Virus record (IMG/VR): IMGVR_UViG_3300021197_000610
Span: 1 to 56,729 of that record
Source: a virus
Lineage: Duplodnaviria; Caudoviricetes
Strand: one strand, 5' to 3'
DNA: 56,729 bases
Shown here in pieces: positions 36,683 to 47,412 of the stretch. The translations under genes and the position numbers were made by a program. Position 1 is the first letter of the stretch, and every line of letters begins with the position of its first letter. Below the pieces are notes generated by a model that saw nothing but the letters and a program-made list of their open reading frames with translations, did not search any database and was not told where the DNA came from.

Positions 36683-39211
36683 ATGGCAGGTTATACAAGA
36701 CAATCAGTAGCTGACATTATTGCTAATGCAGTCATTAAAGCTGCACCAGTAAACGCAGAGTACAATGCTATTCGTGATGCCTTTGCTGCAGCAAGTGGGC
36801 ACAAACATGATGGTAGCACAGGAGAGGGAGCTAATGTCCCTCGTATAGCTGATACTGATGCCCTAAACAAAGTTGTTGTAGATACATCAAATAACAGAAT
36901 TAGTTTTTTTACTGAGGTATCTTCTTCTGCTGTAGAACAAATTAGACTAGAGGATGGTGTCCTCAAACCTGTATCTGATGATGATATAGATCTTGGTGCT
37001 ACAGGAGCAGAGTTCAAAGATCTGTACATTGATGGTATAGGTTACATTGATTCTGTTGTTATTACAGGTGGTACAATTGATGGTGCAGTAATAGGTGGGA
37101 CTACAGCAGCAGCAGGTAGTTTTACTACACTAGCTGCTTCTAGTAACGCCACTGTAGGTGGTACTTTTGCTGTTACAGGTACATCTGCTCTTACAGGCAC
37201 AGCAACTATTACATCTGCTGACATTAACTCAGGTGCAGTAGACAACACTACTATTGGTAATACAACTGCTGCTGCAGGTAGTTTTACTACTCTTAGTGCA
37301 TCAGGTACTTCTACTTTAACTACAGTAGACATTAATGGAGGAGCAATAGATGGTGTCACCATTGGTGGATCTTCTGCAGGTGCAGGTACATTTACAGACT
37401 TAACAAGCACAGGGACATCAACACATGCTACGGTGGATATTAATGGCGGTGCTATGGATGGCACAACAATTGGGGCTAATAGTGCTGCGGCAGCTAGCTT
37501 TACAACTGTTGCTACATCTGGTCAGGCGACATTGGCGACTGTTGATATTAATGGTGGTGCTATTGATGGTACTACTATTGGGGGTAGTACACCTGCAGCC
37601 ATAACAGGTACAACAGTTACAGCAAATTCAAACTTTGTTGGAAACATTACAGGTAACGTTACAGGTAATGTATCAGGTGATGTTACTGGTGACGTAGCAG
37701 GAGATTTAACAGGTAACGTAACTGCAGGTTCAGGAACATCATCATTTACTAACGTGACCATTAATGGCACTCTAAACATGAACGCAGGTACATCTGCAAC
37801 GATTACTAATCTTACAGCACCTAGTTCTGATTTAGACGCAGCAACAAAATTATATGTTGATACAGAGGTAGCAGGTCTTGTAGACTCAGCACCTGGAACA
37901 TTAAATACTTTGAACGAATTGGCTGCAGCATTGGGGGACGATGCAGATTTTGCCAACACAATCACAACAAGTATAGCAACCAAGCTACCACTAGCAGGTG
38001 GTACAATGTCTGGTGCTATAGCTATGGGTACAGCTAAGATTACAGGCTTGGGTGATCCAACAGCAGATCAAGATGCAGCAACTAAGAAATATACTACAGA
38101 TACATTCTTACCATTAGCAGGTGGAACTCTAACAGGTGCATTAGCAGTAGGTAGTAACAAGATTACTGCTAGTTATACACCAAGTGCTAGTGCTGATCTC
38201 ACAACAAAAACATATGTAGATGGCATACTTGGTTCAGCTACTGCAGCTTCTACTTCAGCATCTGCTGCTGCTAGTTCTGCCACTGCTGCTGCCTCAAGTG
38301 CTACTGCTAGTGCTTCCTCTGCAACAGCAGCAGCTTCTAGTGCAACCTCTGCAGCATCTTCCTATGATTCATTTGATGATAGATACCTTGGTGCTAAGTC
38401 TTCAGCACCCTCAGTTGACAACGATGGTGATGCCCTAGTTACTGGTGCTCTCTATTTTAATAGCTCTACAAATATTATGAATGTTAGGACTAGTGGTGGT
38501 TCTTGGACTGCAGCAGGTTCATCTGTAAATGGAACTTCAAGTCGTAATGTCTACACTGCTACAGCAGGTCAAACTACGTTTGCTTCTACATACGATTCTG
38601 GTTTTGTAGACGTTTGGCTTAATGGTTTAAAATTAAAAAGTGGAACAGACTTTACAGCTACATCAGGAACTAGTATAGTTCTTGCAAGTGGTGCTACTGT
38701 TGGGGACATCGTAGATATTGTCGCCTATGGCACATTTAATTTAGCTAATCATATAACAGAAGCACAGTCTGATGCTAAGTATCTTTTAGAAGCTAACAAC
38801 CTTTCTGATTTAGTCAGTGCACCAACAGCAAGAACAAATCTTGGTGTAGCTATTGGATCTGATGTACAGGCTTACGATGCAGGTCTAGCTTCAATTGCAG
38901 GACTAACAACTGCAGCAGATAAAATAATTTATACGAGTGGTTCTGATACATATGCTGTAACAGACTTCTCTTCATTTGCTAGAACACTTGTTGACGATGC
39001 TGACGCATCAACAGCTAGAACAACTCTAGGTGTAGTCATAGGAACAAACGTTTTAGCATACGATGCAAACTTACAGAGTTTTGTTTCTGTATTTACTCTC
39101 CCAACTTCTGATGGATCAGCAGATCAGTTTCTAAAAACGAATGGGTCAGGGACACTTAGCTTTGCAACAGTAGACGTTCAGGCTGATCTTAGAAAATCTT
39201 TTGTATTATAG
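36683..39211 (+). CDS. Tail fibre protein
   Basis: GHKHDG anchor, VDINGGAIDGTTIG repeats, APGTLNTLNELAAALG, DAATKKY, Ser/Ala tract. Confidence 0.85.
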   Translation: MAGYTRQSVADIIANAVIKAAPVNAEYNAIRDAFAAASGHKHDGSTGEGANVPRIADTDALNKVVVDTSNNRISFFTEVSSSAVEQIRLEDGVLKPVSDDDIDLGATGAEFKDLYIDGIGYIDSVVITGGTIDGAVIGGTTAAAGSFTTLAASSNATVGGTFAVTGTSALTGTATITSADINSGAVDNTTIGNTTAAAGSFTTLSASGTSTLTTVDINGGAIDGVTIGGSSAGAGTFTDLTSTGTSTHATVDINGGAMDGTTIGANSAAAASFTTVATSGQATLATVDINGGAIDGTTIGGSTPAAITGTTVTANSNFVGNITGNVTGNVSGDVTGDVAGDLTGNVTAGSGTSSFTNVTINGTLNMNAGTSATITNLTAPSSDLDAATKLYVDTEVAGLVDSAPGTLNTLNELAAALGDDADFANTITTSIATKLPLAGGTMSGAIAMGTAKITGLGDPTADQDAATKKYTTDTFLPLAGGTLTGALAVGSNKITASYTPSASADLTTKTYVDGILGSATAASTSASAAASSATAAASSATASASSATAAASSATSAASSYDSFDDRYLGAKSSAPSVDNDGDALVTGALYFNSSTNIMNVRTSGGSWTAAGSSVNGTSSRNVYTATAGQTTFASTYDSGFVDVWLNGLKLKSGTDFTATSGTSIVLASGATVGDIVDIVAYGTFNLANHITEAQSDAKYLLEANNLSDLVSAPTARTNLGVAIGSDVQAYDAGLASIAGLTTAADKIIYTSGSDTYAVTDFSSFARTLVDDADASTARTTLGVVIGTNVLAYDANLQSFVSVFTLPTSDGSADQFLKTNGSGTLSFATVDVQADLRKSFVL

Positions 39212-39221
39212 GTAGGAAAAA

Positions 39222-39572
39222 ATGGCTTTTACATATGCACAACTAACACCAATTACAACAATAGCAAGTAGTGCAGGAGCAGTGTACACAAACCCTAGCT
39301 CTAAAACATCTTACATTCGTGGTATTGTAATACATAATACAAACACTACTGCTGAAACTGTAGTGTTGTACAATGTTCCTGATAACAGTGGTTCAGTAGG
39401 AACTGCTGCTGCAACAAACCAATTTTATAAGACGAGTGTTGCTGCAGACACAACAATTATAATTGAGTTTCCTGTTCCAGGCTTAGTTCTTTCAGATACC
39501 AACGATACCATACAGGCAACTACTACAACTGCTAGTAAAGTAACAATTCAAATATCAGGAGCTACAGAATAA
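39222..39572 (+). CDS. Small tail-associated beta protein
   Basis: Thr-rich 116 aa ending in ISGATE; tail module position. Confidence 0.65.
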   Translation: MAFTYAQLTPITTIASSAGAVYTNPSSKTSYIRGIVIHNTNTTAETVVLYNVPDNSGSVGTAAATNQFYKTSVAADTTIIIEFPVPGLVLSDTNDTIQATTTTASKVTIQISGATE

Positions 39573-41161
39573 TGGGTATTACAGTCTTTCCTACTCCCTC
39601 TAGTTCTGGTGGAACTACAGCAGTAGCAGATCCAAATAGAACTGCTTGGGGTGTACTAGCCCCTTATCCTTGGACAAATTTACAGTATAATCTTTGTAAC
39701 ACTCTTTGTGATAACATAGGTAATATTTATAATAACAACAATGAAATGGGTGAATCTCACATAGTTGATATGGGCAATAATAAATTTGCTCTTGTACACG
39801 ATTGGGAAGATGCAAATCTTTGTTGTGTTCACGTAGGAGTTTACTGTGTTGATACAACTAATAATACAGTACACAGGCTTAGTTGTTGTCACCACAACAT
39901 TTGGAATTGTGCAAGTTGTACTGGTAACTACATGAGCATTTCTGCTATTACAAGTGATGAGTGTGATAATATTCTTATTACAGGAAGAGGTGGTAGCACC
40001 AATTGTGCTCATGCCTTTAAATATCGTTCAGACACAGGTTGTTTCTGTACTAACAGGGTTGAAATGAGTCAAGATAGTTCTCTTAAATGTTTGACAAGTG
40101 CAGGAGAATGTAGACATCATTTATTGTATACAGGAACTCCAGGTCATGCTTGGTACTTTCATCAACGATGTTGTGGGTGCATGGCTTACACAAAAATAAA
40201 AGAAAGATGTTGTCAGTGTGGTACTGCTTTTCAAGCTCTTAGTCCTTCAGGGTCTGTAGCTACAAAAGGGTTTTGGTATATGCCTCAAGTAACAGCCTGT
40301 ACTGTCCAAATGCTAGGCGAGGGTGGCTCTAATGCAGGGCAGTGTGGAAGAGTCTTTGGCTTGAGGGCAGACATCCATAATGTACTAACTGCAGAATGTA
40401 ATGAACCAAATTTAGTTATTCATTGTGGTAATACTAGTGCTCAATGTTGTCATAATCTTGGACCAGATACTTCTGTTTGGACTGACTATAATCAATGTTT
40501 TTTAGACTGCTGTGGTTTTCAATACTTTGCAGAGTTACCACCTAAAGGTCAAGCTACTGCTCCTATGGGATTTAGTGGTTATGCACAACAAATGGCTTGC
40601 CATTGTAGTAGCACTAGTAATGCGTGTAGTTCTCACAGACAAGTAGAAATACATGGATATTACCTTGGCACTGGTTTTGGCTACTGTTCTGTAGGTTTGG
40701 GTAGAAACGAACTAGTTTGTGCAACAACCTCTGGTGGAACTTTTAACTCTGGGGTTACATGTGACGTTGATCAAGATTCAAACATGGGTTCAAATGAATA
40801 TGGATCTTACAGTTTACAAGTTAATGGTATTTATAGAGTAAATTCAAATCAGGCTCATAAGAATAACTGGTTTAACAACAGGGGTGAAGTACACGTTGCT
40901 CTTGGACCTAAATCAACTTGTTCTAAAGCAGACATAGAAAGAGGTGGAGCAAAGTATATCTACCCTTATTATTATACTCGACAAATGAGGGGTGGTCTAT
41001 TTACTTGTAAGAACAAATACAGAGCAAGTGCTGTAGTTGGGACAGACTACTATGTTGAAGTAGGTGTAAAATCTTTTACAGTAGGTGTTTCTGCTCAGTG
41101 TGTAATAGTTGATTTGTACAAGCTAGAACCATTTGCTTGTCACAACTGTTGTTTTATTTAG
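39572..41161 (+). CDS. Cys-rich tail/receptor-binding protein 1
   Basis: About 42 Cys in 529 aa (hand count); N-terminal MGITVFP.PSSSGG attachment-like peptide. Confidence 0.65.
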   Translation: MGITVFPTPSSSGGTTAVADPNRTAWGVLAPYPWTNLQYNLCNTLCDNIGNIYNNNNEMGESHIVDMGNNKFALVHDWEDANLCCVHVGVYCVDTTNNTVHRLSCCHHNIWNCASCTGNYMSISAITSDECDNILITGRGGSTNCAHAFKYRSDTGCFCTNRVEMSQDSSLKCLTSAGECRHHLLYTGTPGHAWYFHQRCCGCMAYTKIKERCCQCGTAFQALSPSGSVATKGFWYMPQVTACTVQMLGEGGSNAGQCGRVFGLRADIHNVLTAECNEPNLVIHCGNTSAQCCHNLGPDTSVWTDYNQCFLDCCGFQYFAELPPKGQATAPMGFSGYAQQMACHCSSTSNACSSHRQVEIHGYYLGTGFGYCSVGLGRNELVCATTSGGTFNSGVTCDVDQDSNMGSNEYGSYSLQVNGIYRVNSNQAHKNNWFNNRGEVHVALGPKSTCSKADIERGGAKYIYPYYYTRQMRGGLFTCKNKYRASAVVGTDYYVEVGVKSFTVGVSAQCVIVDLYKLEPFACHNCCFI

Positions 41162-41172
41162 GGGAGAATTAG

Positions 41173-41739
41173 ATGACTCAGGCTAGAGTATTAGCAGACT
41201 TAGTTGCTACAGGTGGTGAGCTTGCAGATGGTGCAATAGCAGTCGCAGAGGTTACTGGTGCAGCCCCAACAGCAAGCCCTACATTTACAGGAACAGTAGG
41301 TGCTGCTGCAATTACAGCTACAGGTACAGTAGCTGCTCCTACAGTAAATGCTTCTACTACACTACAGATAGGTGGAACAGGAGTTACTGCTTCTGCTGCT
41401 GAGTTAAATTTTGTAGGGGGTGTGACTTCTGCGATTCAGACACAAATGAATACAAAACAAAAAGAATTTACGCCTACTGTAGTTACTTCAAATGCGACAG
41501 CTACTAAAGATACTAGAGTTATCTTAAATGGTTCTGCAGTAACACTTACGTTACCTGCTAGTCCAAGTGCAGGGGATACAGTAGCTATCACAGAAATAGG
41601 TGGTAACAATAATTGTATCATTGGACGCAATGGATCTAATATTATGAGCCTTGGTGAGGATATGACTGTTGATGCAGCTTATGCAGCTTTCCAGTTACAG
41701 TTTGTTAACTCAACTATTGGTTGGGCAATAGCACAATAA
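41173..41739 (+). CDS. Tail fibre adaptor-like protein
   Basis: ASPTFTGTV, AELN...GVTSAIQTQ, TLTLPASPSAGDTV...IGRNGSNI...GW. Confidence 0.75.
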   Translation: MTQARVLADLVATGGELADGAIAVAEVTGAAPTASPTFTGTVGAAAITATGTVAAPTVNASTTLQIGGTGVTASAAELNFVGGVTSAIQTQMNTKQKEFTPTVVTSNATATKDTRVILNGSAVTLTLPASPSAGDTVAITEIGGNNNCIIGRNGSNIMSLGEDMTVDAAYAAFQLQFVNSTIGWAIAQ

Positions 41740-41751
41740 AGAGGGAATAGA

Positions 41752-44229
41752 ATGAGTACATATTCAACATTTGCAGCAAGTGGTGGTTCTGATGGCCCTG
41801 CAGGGGGTGGTGGTGGTTTAGTTACTGGCACTACTTCTTACACAGTTTGTGCAGACAGCAATAGATCTTTAGCTATTTGTTTAACCTGTGAGTGTCCTAG
41901 TGGGAATATTACTCTTCCCAACGCAACTTCTCTATCCCCAGGATCTCCTACTTATATAATAAAAAATGAAAACACCACTACTACTTATCTTTTACGAGAT
42001 AACACAAGTTGTGTTTTAACTTCAATACCACCTGGAGGAGCAGTGGATGCTTCACTGTATGACAACAGTGCTCAACAAGGTGAGTGGGTAATAGGTCAGT
42101 TTGCAAAACCTACACCATTTAATCCTGTTTCAGACCTTTCTTATTTTAGTGGTGGCGAGTTAATAGGTGATGACGTTACTACTGAGTGTGCTCACCATGA
42201 TAATGGTTTAGGCTATTCTGTATTACACTATAGGAGATCAACTTGTTGCTACAAAGCTGTGACGTTTAAAGCAGTTGGTGGAGAAATGGTTAAAGCAGGG
42301 GAAATTGATGGAACAGTCTGCAAGTGTAAATTTAATGCTTGTCGAAGTCAAAATGGATTTGTACTATTTAGCTGCCAGTTTTGTCAGTGTGGTAGTGCAT
42401 TAGTAGACTACGCAAAGTTTATTACAGCTATAAACTGTGATTCAACCTGTGCTGTTACCTTTATAAATTGTTGTCCTGTAGGCTGTTGCCACAACACTGG
42501 AAATGATGGTGTTGGTGATCGTACTGGTAAATGGGATGGAACTCACCTAGTAAGAGGGACAGGAATCCTTTATTCTATGGGAATAATGAACTGTGATAAT
42601 AGATGTGCTGTCATGCAAATAGCTAAGATAAACACAACTAGCACAGGTGCTCCCACCTGTACTGCAGTTCTAGAGTGTGTTCAAGACTTATGTTCTTGCT
42701 CTGCTCACCATTGTCAAAAACATATAACTTTTTGTGAAACAAATACTGATGAATATGACAGACCTAATTGTTGTATGTCAGCAGTTACTGCTTTTTATTT
42801 TGGAGCTACCAATTGTATATGTGGAGAAGTGGGGTTTCTTGTCTCTGTAAAAAATACCCAGTGTTATTATTTTGCACGTAAAGGATGCTCTTGCATTGGC
42901 AAACATGGTGGAGCTAATTCTAGTGGGTATGCATACTTTATAAATGATATACCTTTACTTGGTGTGTGCCAATCTGCTCCTAGTTGTACCACGCAAATAG
43001 TTAAAATAAAACATTGTGATAATGCTGAATGTAATTGTATACTTCATTCACATACAAGTGGGCAATGTGGTTTTGTGCCTATAGGAAAATGTTTCGTTAT
43101 GTTACTAGGCTGTAACAGATGTATGATGGATGTAATGCGAATAAGGTGTTACTGTCAAAATTGTCTATGCAAACATAATCTTTCACAAGGAAGTGAACCT
43201 TTAGGCTGCATGAATACGTGTATGAATCTGTGTCATGATGCAGCATGTTACTTTGTAGGAATGGGTTGTGTAAGTAAACTGAGTGGTAATGCTTGGCATT
43301 ACAGAAATAAGAATGATGGAACTAGTTTTAGAAATGATAACAGTGAAACTGATTACTTAAAATTGAATGATAGAGATCAGTCAAACCCTGTATCATTTTG
43401 TACTAATGCTAATTTGGCTCCTCAACCTAGAGGGTATACTAGTATGTTCTTCTTAACGTGTGATACTGCTGATTGCGTAGCAGGTTTTCATCCATTAAGA
43501 AGTCAAACAAATCATTTTTTAAAATTTTCTAAATTTCACTTAAATGCAACACACCACTGTCATTGCTGTAATTTTTGTATAGCTATACCTGCAGCTTTTC
43601 AGCAAGCAAGTTACAATGATCAATGCATCTGTGGTGAGTGTATGGGTTTTAGATATTGGGACTGTGCAAACTGTTTGTTATGTTCTTATAATATTACAAA
43701 GGGTTATTCTACTAAGTGGTGTATTAATGGGGCGTGTAATGACGCAATTGTGTGTTACACTGCCACAACTGCAGGTAATTCATTTCCAGGAGCTACAAGG
43801 AATAATTGTCTTACATCTGTAAATGCAACGTATAGCCATAGTCCTACTAGATTTATTACCACTAATCATTCTCAATGTAATCGCAGAGAGATGGATATTA
43901 ACATGTACAATTTTGATACTTTTCCAGGTGCAGTTTTCTGTTGCATAATTTCAAAAGAAGAAGGCCATAGACCTTGGAAGGGTGGTTACAGTGGTGATAA
44001 ATGTAAATTCCTTTTAGGAAGCCAACAGTGGATTTGTTGTGGAGCAGTACACACTAATACTGGTATTATAGCAGCAATATATAACCCATCAACAAATTGT
44101 TTTTCTAGTTACGATCAAGGAGTTGCAACTGCGATAACAAGTCAAATTTGTGGAACTGATCCTACAATAGATACTATAACTATTTGTGCTCCATTTAAAC
44201 TACATTCATACATAAAAGGTAAAAGTTAG
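41752..44229 (+). CDS. Cys-rich tail/receptor-binding protein 2
   Basis: About 79 Cys in 825 aa (hand count); N-terminal ITLPNATSLSPG..YIIKN tail-fibre domain. Confidence 0.65.
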   Translation: MSTYSTFAASGGSDGPAGGGGGLVTGTTSYTVCADSNRSLAICLTCECPSGNITLPNATSLSPGSPTYIIKNENTTTTYLLRDNTSCVLTSIPPGGAVDASLYDNSAQQGEWVIGQFAKPTPFNPVSDLSYFSGGELIGDDVTTECAHHDNGLGYSVLHYRRSTCCYKAVTFKAVGGEMVKAGEIDGTVCKCKFNACRSQNGFVLFSCQFCQCGSALVDYAKFITAINCDSTCAVTFINCCPVGCCHNTGNDGVGDRTGKWDGTHLVRGTGILYSMGIMNCDNRCAVMQIAKINTTSTGAPTCTAVLECVQDLCSCSAHHCQKHITFCETNTDEYDRPNCCMSAVTAFYFGATNCICGEVGFLVSVKNTQCYYFARKGCSCIGKHGGANSSGYAYFINDIPLLGVCQSAPSCTTQIVKIKHCDNAECNCILHSHTSGQCGFVPIGKCFVMLLGCNRCMMDVMRIRCYCQNCLCKHNLSQGSEPLGCMNTCMNLCHDAACYFVGMGCVSKLSGNAWHYRNKNDGTSFRNDNSETDYLKLNDRDQSNPVSFCTNANLAPQPRGYTSMFFLTCDTADCVAGFHPLRSQTNHFLKFSKFHLNATHHCHCCNFCIAIPAAFQQASYNDQCICGECMGFRYWDCANCLLCSYNITKGYSTKWCINGACNDAIVCYTATTAGNSFPGATRNNCLTSVNATYSHSPTRFITTNHSQCNRREMDINMYNFDTFPGAVFCCIISKEEGHRPWKGGYSGDKCKFLLGSQQWICCGAVHTNTGIIAAIYNPSTNCFSSYDQGVATAITSQICGTDPTIDTITICAPFKLHSYIKGKS

Positions 44230-44703
44230 ATGGTTTATTATTTTGTTTTTGATTCAAACACAGAAATACTAGACAGTATTTTATATTCGTATCCAGAAGG
44301 TACAACTAACAAACGTGTTTTAATTTGGGATACTGACATAGAACCAAGATCTTGGACTGCAGTCTCTCCAGAAGAGGATGTTGCTGATCTTGTAGTAGAT
44401 AACTTTGAGTGTGCTTTTCCAGGCCTTGCAACGTACAGTGAAAGTGAAGCAGGAATGGGTATATTTCAACTGTTAGAAAAATTTGATGAAGAAGATATAA
44501 CTACTGCTAAAAATAATCAAATGGATATATTCAGGTTAGCTAGAAATAAAAAACTTAGTGACAGTGACTGGACTCAATCTTCTGACTCTCCTTTAACAGA
44601 CGAAAATAAAGCTGCGTGGGCTACTTACAGAGGTTTATTACGTAACCTTCCTACGTCTGTGACTAACCCTTGGATAATAGACTGGCCTACACAACCCTCT
44701 TGA
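44230..44703 (+). CDS. Tail fibre assembly chaperone
   Basis: RNKKLSDSDWTQ..DSPL......WATYRGLLRNLP......WPTQP. Confidence 0.85.
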   Translation: MVYYFVFDSNTEILDSILYSYPEGTTNKRVLIWDTDIEPRSWTAVSPEEDVADLVVDNFECAFPGLATYSESEAGMGIFQLLEKFDEEDITTAKNNQMDIFRLARNKKLSDSDWTQSSDSPLTDENKAAWATYRGLLRNLPTSVTNPWIIDWPTQPS

Positions 44704-44728
44704 ACTAATTAAAAAATTATTGTATAAT
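44700..44728 (+). promoter_or_regulatory. Sigma70 promoter of the sugar-modification island
   Basis: TTGAAC-N17-TATAAT. Confidence 0.6.
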
Positions 44729-44773
44729 AACGAGTGCCCGTAAGGGTGATATAAATAAGAAGAAAGAAGACTC

Positions 44774-45700
44774 GTGAAAAAACTATTTTTTATTGATGGG
44801 GGCGCAGGTCGTGCTGTAGCATCTATACCTGCTTTCCTAAAGTATGCAAAGAAACATGATGACTTTGCTATACTAGTACATGGATGGGATACTTTATATT
44901 GGGGTATCCCTGAACTACAAGACAAAGTATTTAACCCTGAACAAAAAGGTATCTTTGACCACGTAATAAAAGATGCTGAAGAGCTTGTATCTCCTGAACC
45001 ATATCGAGTGCCAGGATACTTTAAACAAGAATTATCTTTAGCTGAAGCCTTTGATGTTCTAATTAATGATACGAATGATCATTCTGATCTAGGTCTACCT
45101 GTTCTTAAAACTTCTAAGATGGAAGAGATTAATGCAGCAGGTATGTTCTTGGATGCAAAGAATCAGCAGAAAAAACAAAAGAACATTGTGTTGCAACCCT
45201 TTGGGCGTTCTGCACAAAAACATCCTACTGGTACTATTATTGATGAATCATCTCGTTCTCTTGATCCTCAGTCGTATCTAAAACTAGTTAAGAAGTTAAG
45301 TGTAAAGTACAACCTAGTTCTTATGGCTGAACCAGATTTTCATATGGCAGAGGATACCTACACTGTAAAACCACAGGCAGACCTACGAATGTGGACTGCA
45401 TTTATTGGTTCAGCAGACTACTTTATTGGTGTAGACTCAGTTGGTCAACACATGGCTAGAGCATTAGGAACTCCTGGAACAGTAATTGTTGGTTCTACAT
45501 TTGCTATCAACACAACTTATCCAGACTACTTTAACATTGTAGAAAAAAAGGATGCTAAGAAATACTCACCTATTCGTATCTCAGGTCTTGAGAGTCACCT
45601 AGCTGACAGAGCTAACGATACTCTGATGGATTTTAGTGACGAAGAAATAAATGCAATGTATACTAACATTGTCAAAGATATTGAAAAGAAGGTGAAGTAA
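44774..45700 (+). CDS. GT9-like (heptosyltransferase family) glycosyltransferase
   Basis: C-terminal LR.W...I..ADYFIGVDSVGQHMARALGTP, IVLQPFG; N-terminal DGGAGRAVASIP. Confidence 0.8.
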   Translation: MKKLFFIDGGAGRAVASIPAFLKYAKKHDDFAILVHGWDTLYWGIPELQDKVFNPEQKGIFDHVIKDAEELVSPEPYRVPGYFKQELSLAEAFDVLINDTNDHSDLGLPVLKTSKMEEINAAGMFLDAKNQQKKQKNIVLQPFGRSAQKHPTGTIIDESSRSLDPQSYLKLVKKLSVKYNLVLMAEPDFHMAEDTYTVKPQADLRMWTAFIGSADYFIGVDSVGQHMARALGTPGTVIVGSTFAINTTYPDYFNIVEKKDAKKYSPIRISGLESHLADRANDTLMDFSDEEINAMYTNIVKDIEKKVK

Positions 45701-47412
45701 TGAATATTTTAGCAATCAATCCAGGACATAATGGTTCTGCTGCTCTAGTAGTAGATGGTGAATTAAAATTTTATATAGAGGAAGAAAGACTTTCTCGTAG
45801 TAAATATGATGGAAATCCTTTTGCAGGAATGATGGAAGCACTAAAGTATGGTGTAGACATCCTAGTTCTTGGTGGTACTTCAGAACAATTTCCACAGTTA
45901 CCTTGGACAGGAGAAGATCCTTACTCTGGTTTTTTAAGAAAATTTAATCCTAACTTACAAATAATAAGTGTTGGTGGTGCTCACCATCTAGGTCATGCAG
46001 CAAATGCTTTCTACAACTCAGGGTTTAAACAGGCTGCTGCAGTTATTGTAGATGGATCTGGTTCTCATAGACAGATAGAAATTAATGAAGAGTTTAAGAA
46101 CCCAGGTTTTGAAACAGAATCTATTTTTAACTGTGACTATGAAGAGGGAATAAAACCTGTATTTACTTCTTATGGTGGAAACTACGATACCCAACGTATA
46201 GTAAATGAAGAGTTAGAGATGGATAGTGCTATAACACTAGTTAAAGCATACGAAGCTGTTTCACACTATCTTGGGTTTGGTTACATTGAAGCAGGTAAGA
46301 CAATGGGTCTTGCACCATATGGTAAAAGAAACGAGTTTATTCCTAGTTTGTTTTATAATGGCAGAGGTAACAAGAACGTATTTATTCCTAACTACCCTGC
46401 AGGTGCTTACGTAGATCACTTACGCCACCCTTTACTAGAACTAAAAGAAGACCCTAAAGCTTGGCATAGTGACTACACAAAGGTAACAGATGCAGCAAAA
46501 GACTTAGCTTGGGCTGTGCAGGATGAGACACAAACTCTTGTAGGAGACTTAATCGAAAAGGCTGTAGATAAAACAGGACACAAAAACATTGTTATATCAG
46601 GTGGTTATGGTCTTAACTGTGTAGCCAATTACTACTACAAGGAAAGGTTTCCTGATCTTAATATCTTTGTTGACCCTATCTCTCACGATGGTGGTACAGC
46701 AATAGGGTTAGCCAAACTAATTCACTACGATAAGAACAAAGAGGATAAGACTATACGTCCTATGACTACTCTTTATCTTGGCCCTGAACGTAAAGAAGAC
46801 TATGACCTTGGTGATATAGAAACTAAAGATGTTAAAGCTGCTGATGTAGCAAAGCTAATAGCAGACAAAAACATTGTAGCTCTATTCCAAGGACGTTCTG
46901 AAGCAGGACCACGAGCACTAGGTAATCGTTCTATACTATACGATCCCACAGATACTAATGGTAAAGACTTTGTAAACGCAGTCAAAGGAAGAGAGTGGTT
47001 CAGACCTTTTGCAGGTTCAATGCTACAGGAAAACTTTGAAGAGTGGTTTGAAACTCGTGGGTTAGAAGAGTCACCATACATGATGTATGCTATGGACTTT
47101 AAGACTGAGAAGCATGGTGAAGTTCCTGCGATTACACACGTAGATGGTACATGTCGTATTCAGACTGTAACCAAGAAACAGAACCCTAGCTATTATTCCC
47201 TGATAAAAGAGTTTGATAAAATCACCGGTGTTCCTATTTTGTTCAACACAAGTTTTAATCTAGCAGGTCAGCCTTTAGTTGAAACTTTACAGGATGCTAT
47301 AGATACTGTAAAGAACTCAGACATAAATTACTTATATCTGCCAGACATAGGTAAGCTAGTACACTATCCTTATAATGACAGCATTGTTGAGGATATGGGA
47401 GAAGCTGCTTAA
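45700..47412 (+). CDS. O-carbamoyltransferase (CmcH/NodU/TobZ family)
   Basis: GHNGSAAL, EEERLSR, HHLGHA, GKTMGLAPYG, GPRALGNRSIL, REWFRPFA, NTSFN. Confidence 0.93.
   Translation: MNILAINPGHNGSAALVVDGELKFYIEEERLSRSKYDGNPFAGMMEALKYGVDILVLGGTSEQFPQLPWTGEDPYSGFLRKFNPNLQIISVGGAHHLGHAANAFYNSGFKQAAAVIVDGSGSHRQIEINEEFKNPGFETESIFNCDYEEGIKPVFTSYGGNYDTQRIVNEELEMDSAITLVKAYEAVSHYLGFGYIEAGKTMGLAPYGKRNEFIPSLFYNGRGNKNVFIPNYPAGAYVDHLRHPLLELKEDPKAWHSDYTKVTDAAKDLAWAVQDETQTLVGDLIEKAVDKTGHKNIVISGGYGLNCVANYYYKERFPDLNIFVDPISHDGGTAIGLAKLIHYDKNKEDKTIRPMTTLYLGPERKEDYDLGDIETKDVKAADVAKLIADKNIVALFQGRSEAGPRALGNRSILYDPTDTNGKDFVNAVKGREWFRPFAGSMLQENFEEWFETRGLEESPYMMYAMDFKTEKHGEVPAITHVDGTCRIQTVTKKQNPSYYSLIKEFDKITGVPILFNTSFNLAGQPLVETLQDAIDTVKNSDINYLYLPDIGKLVHYPYNDSIVEDMGEAA

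Noticed and set aside
37050-37720. Nucleotide repeats within the tail fibre gene
   Set aside because: Explained by ordinary protein repeats (DINGGAIDGTTIG, GNVTG).
39572-44229. Reassignment of TGT/TGC codons, or DGR-driven variation, as the cause of Cys richness
   Set aside because: Catalytic and Zn-ligand Cys in RNR and primase use the same codons normally. I saw no tRNA, reverse transcriptase or template/variable repeat pair.
45700-47412. Carbamoyltransferase as a DNA-base hypermodification enzyme
   Set aside because: Known carbamoyl-5hmC systems need a hydroxymethylase partner, which I do not see here. The gene context is tail and heptose genes. This is disfavoured rather than excluded.
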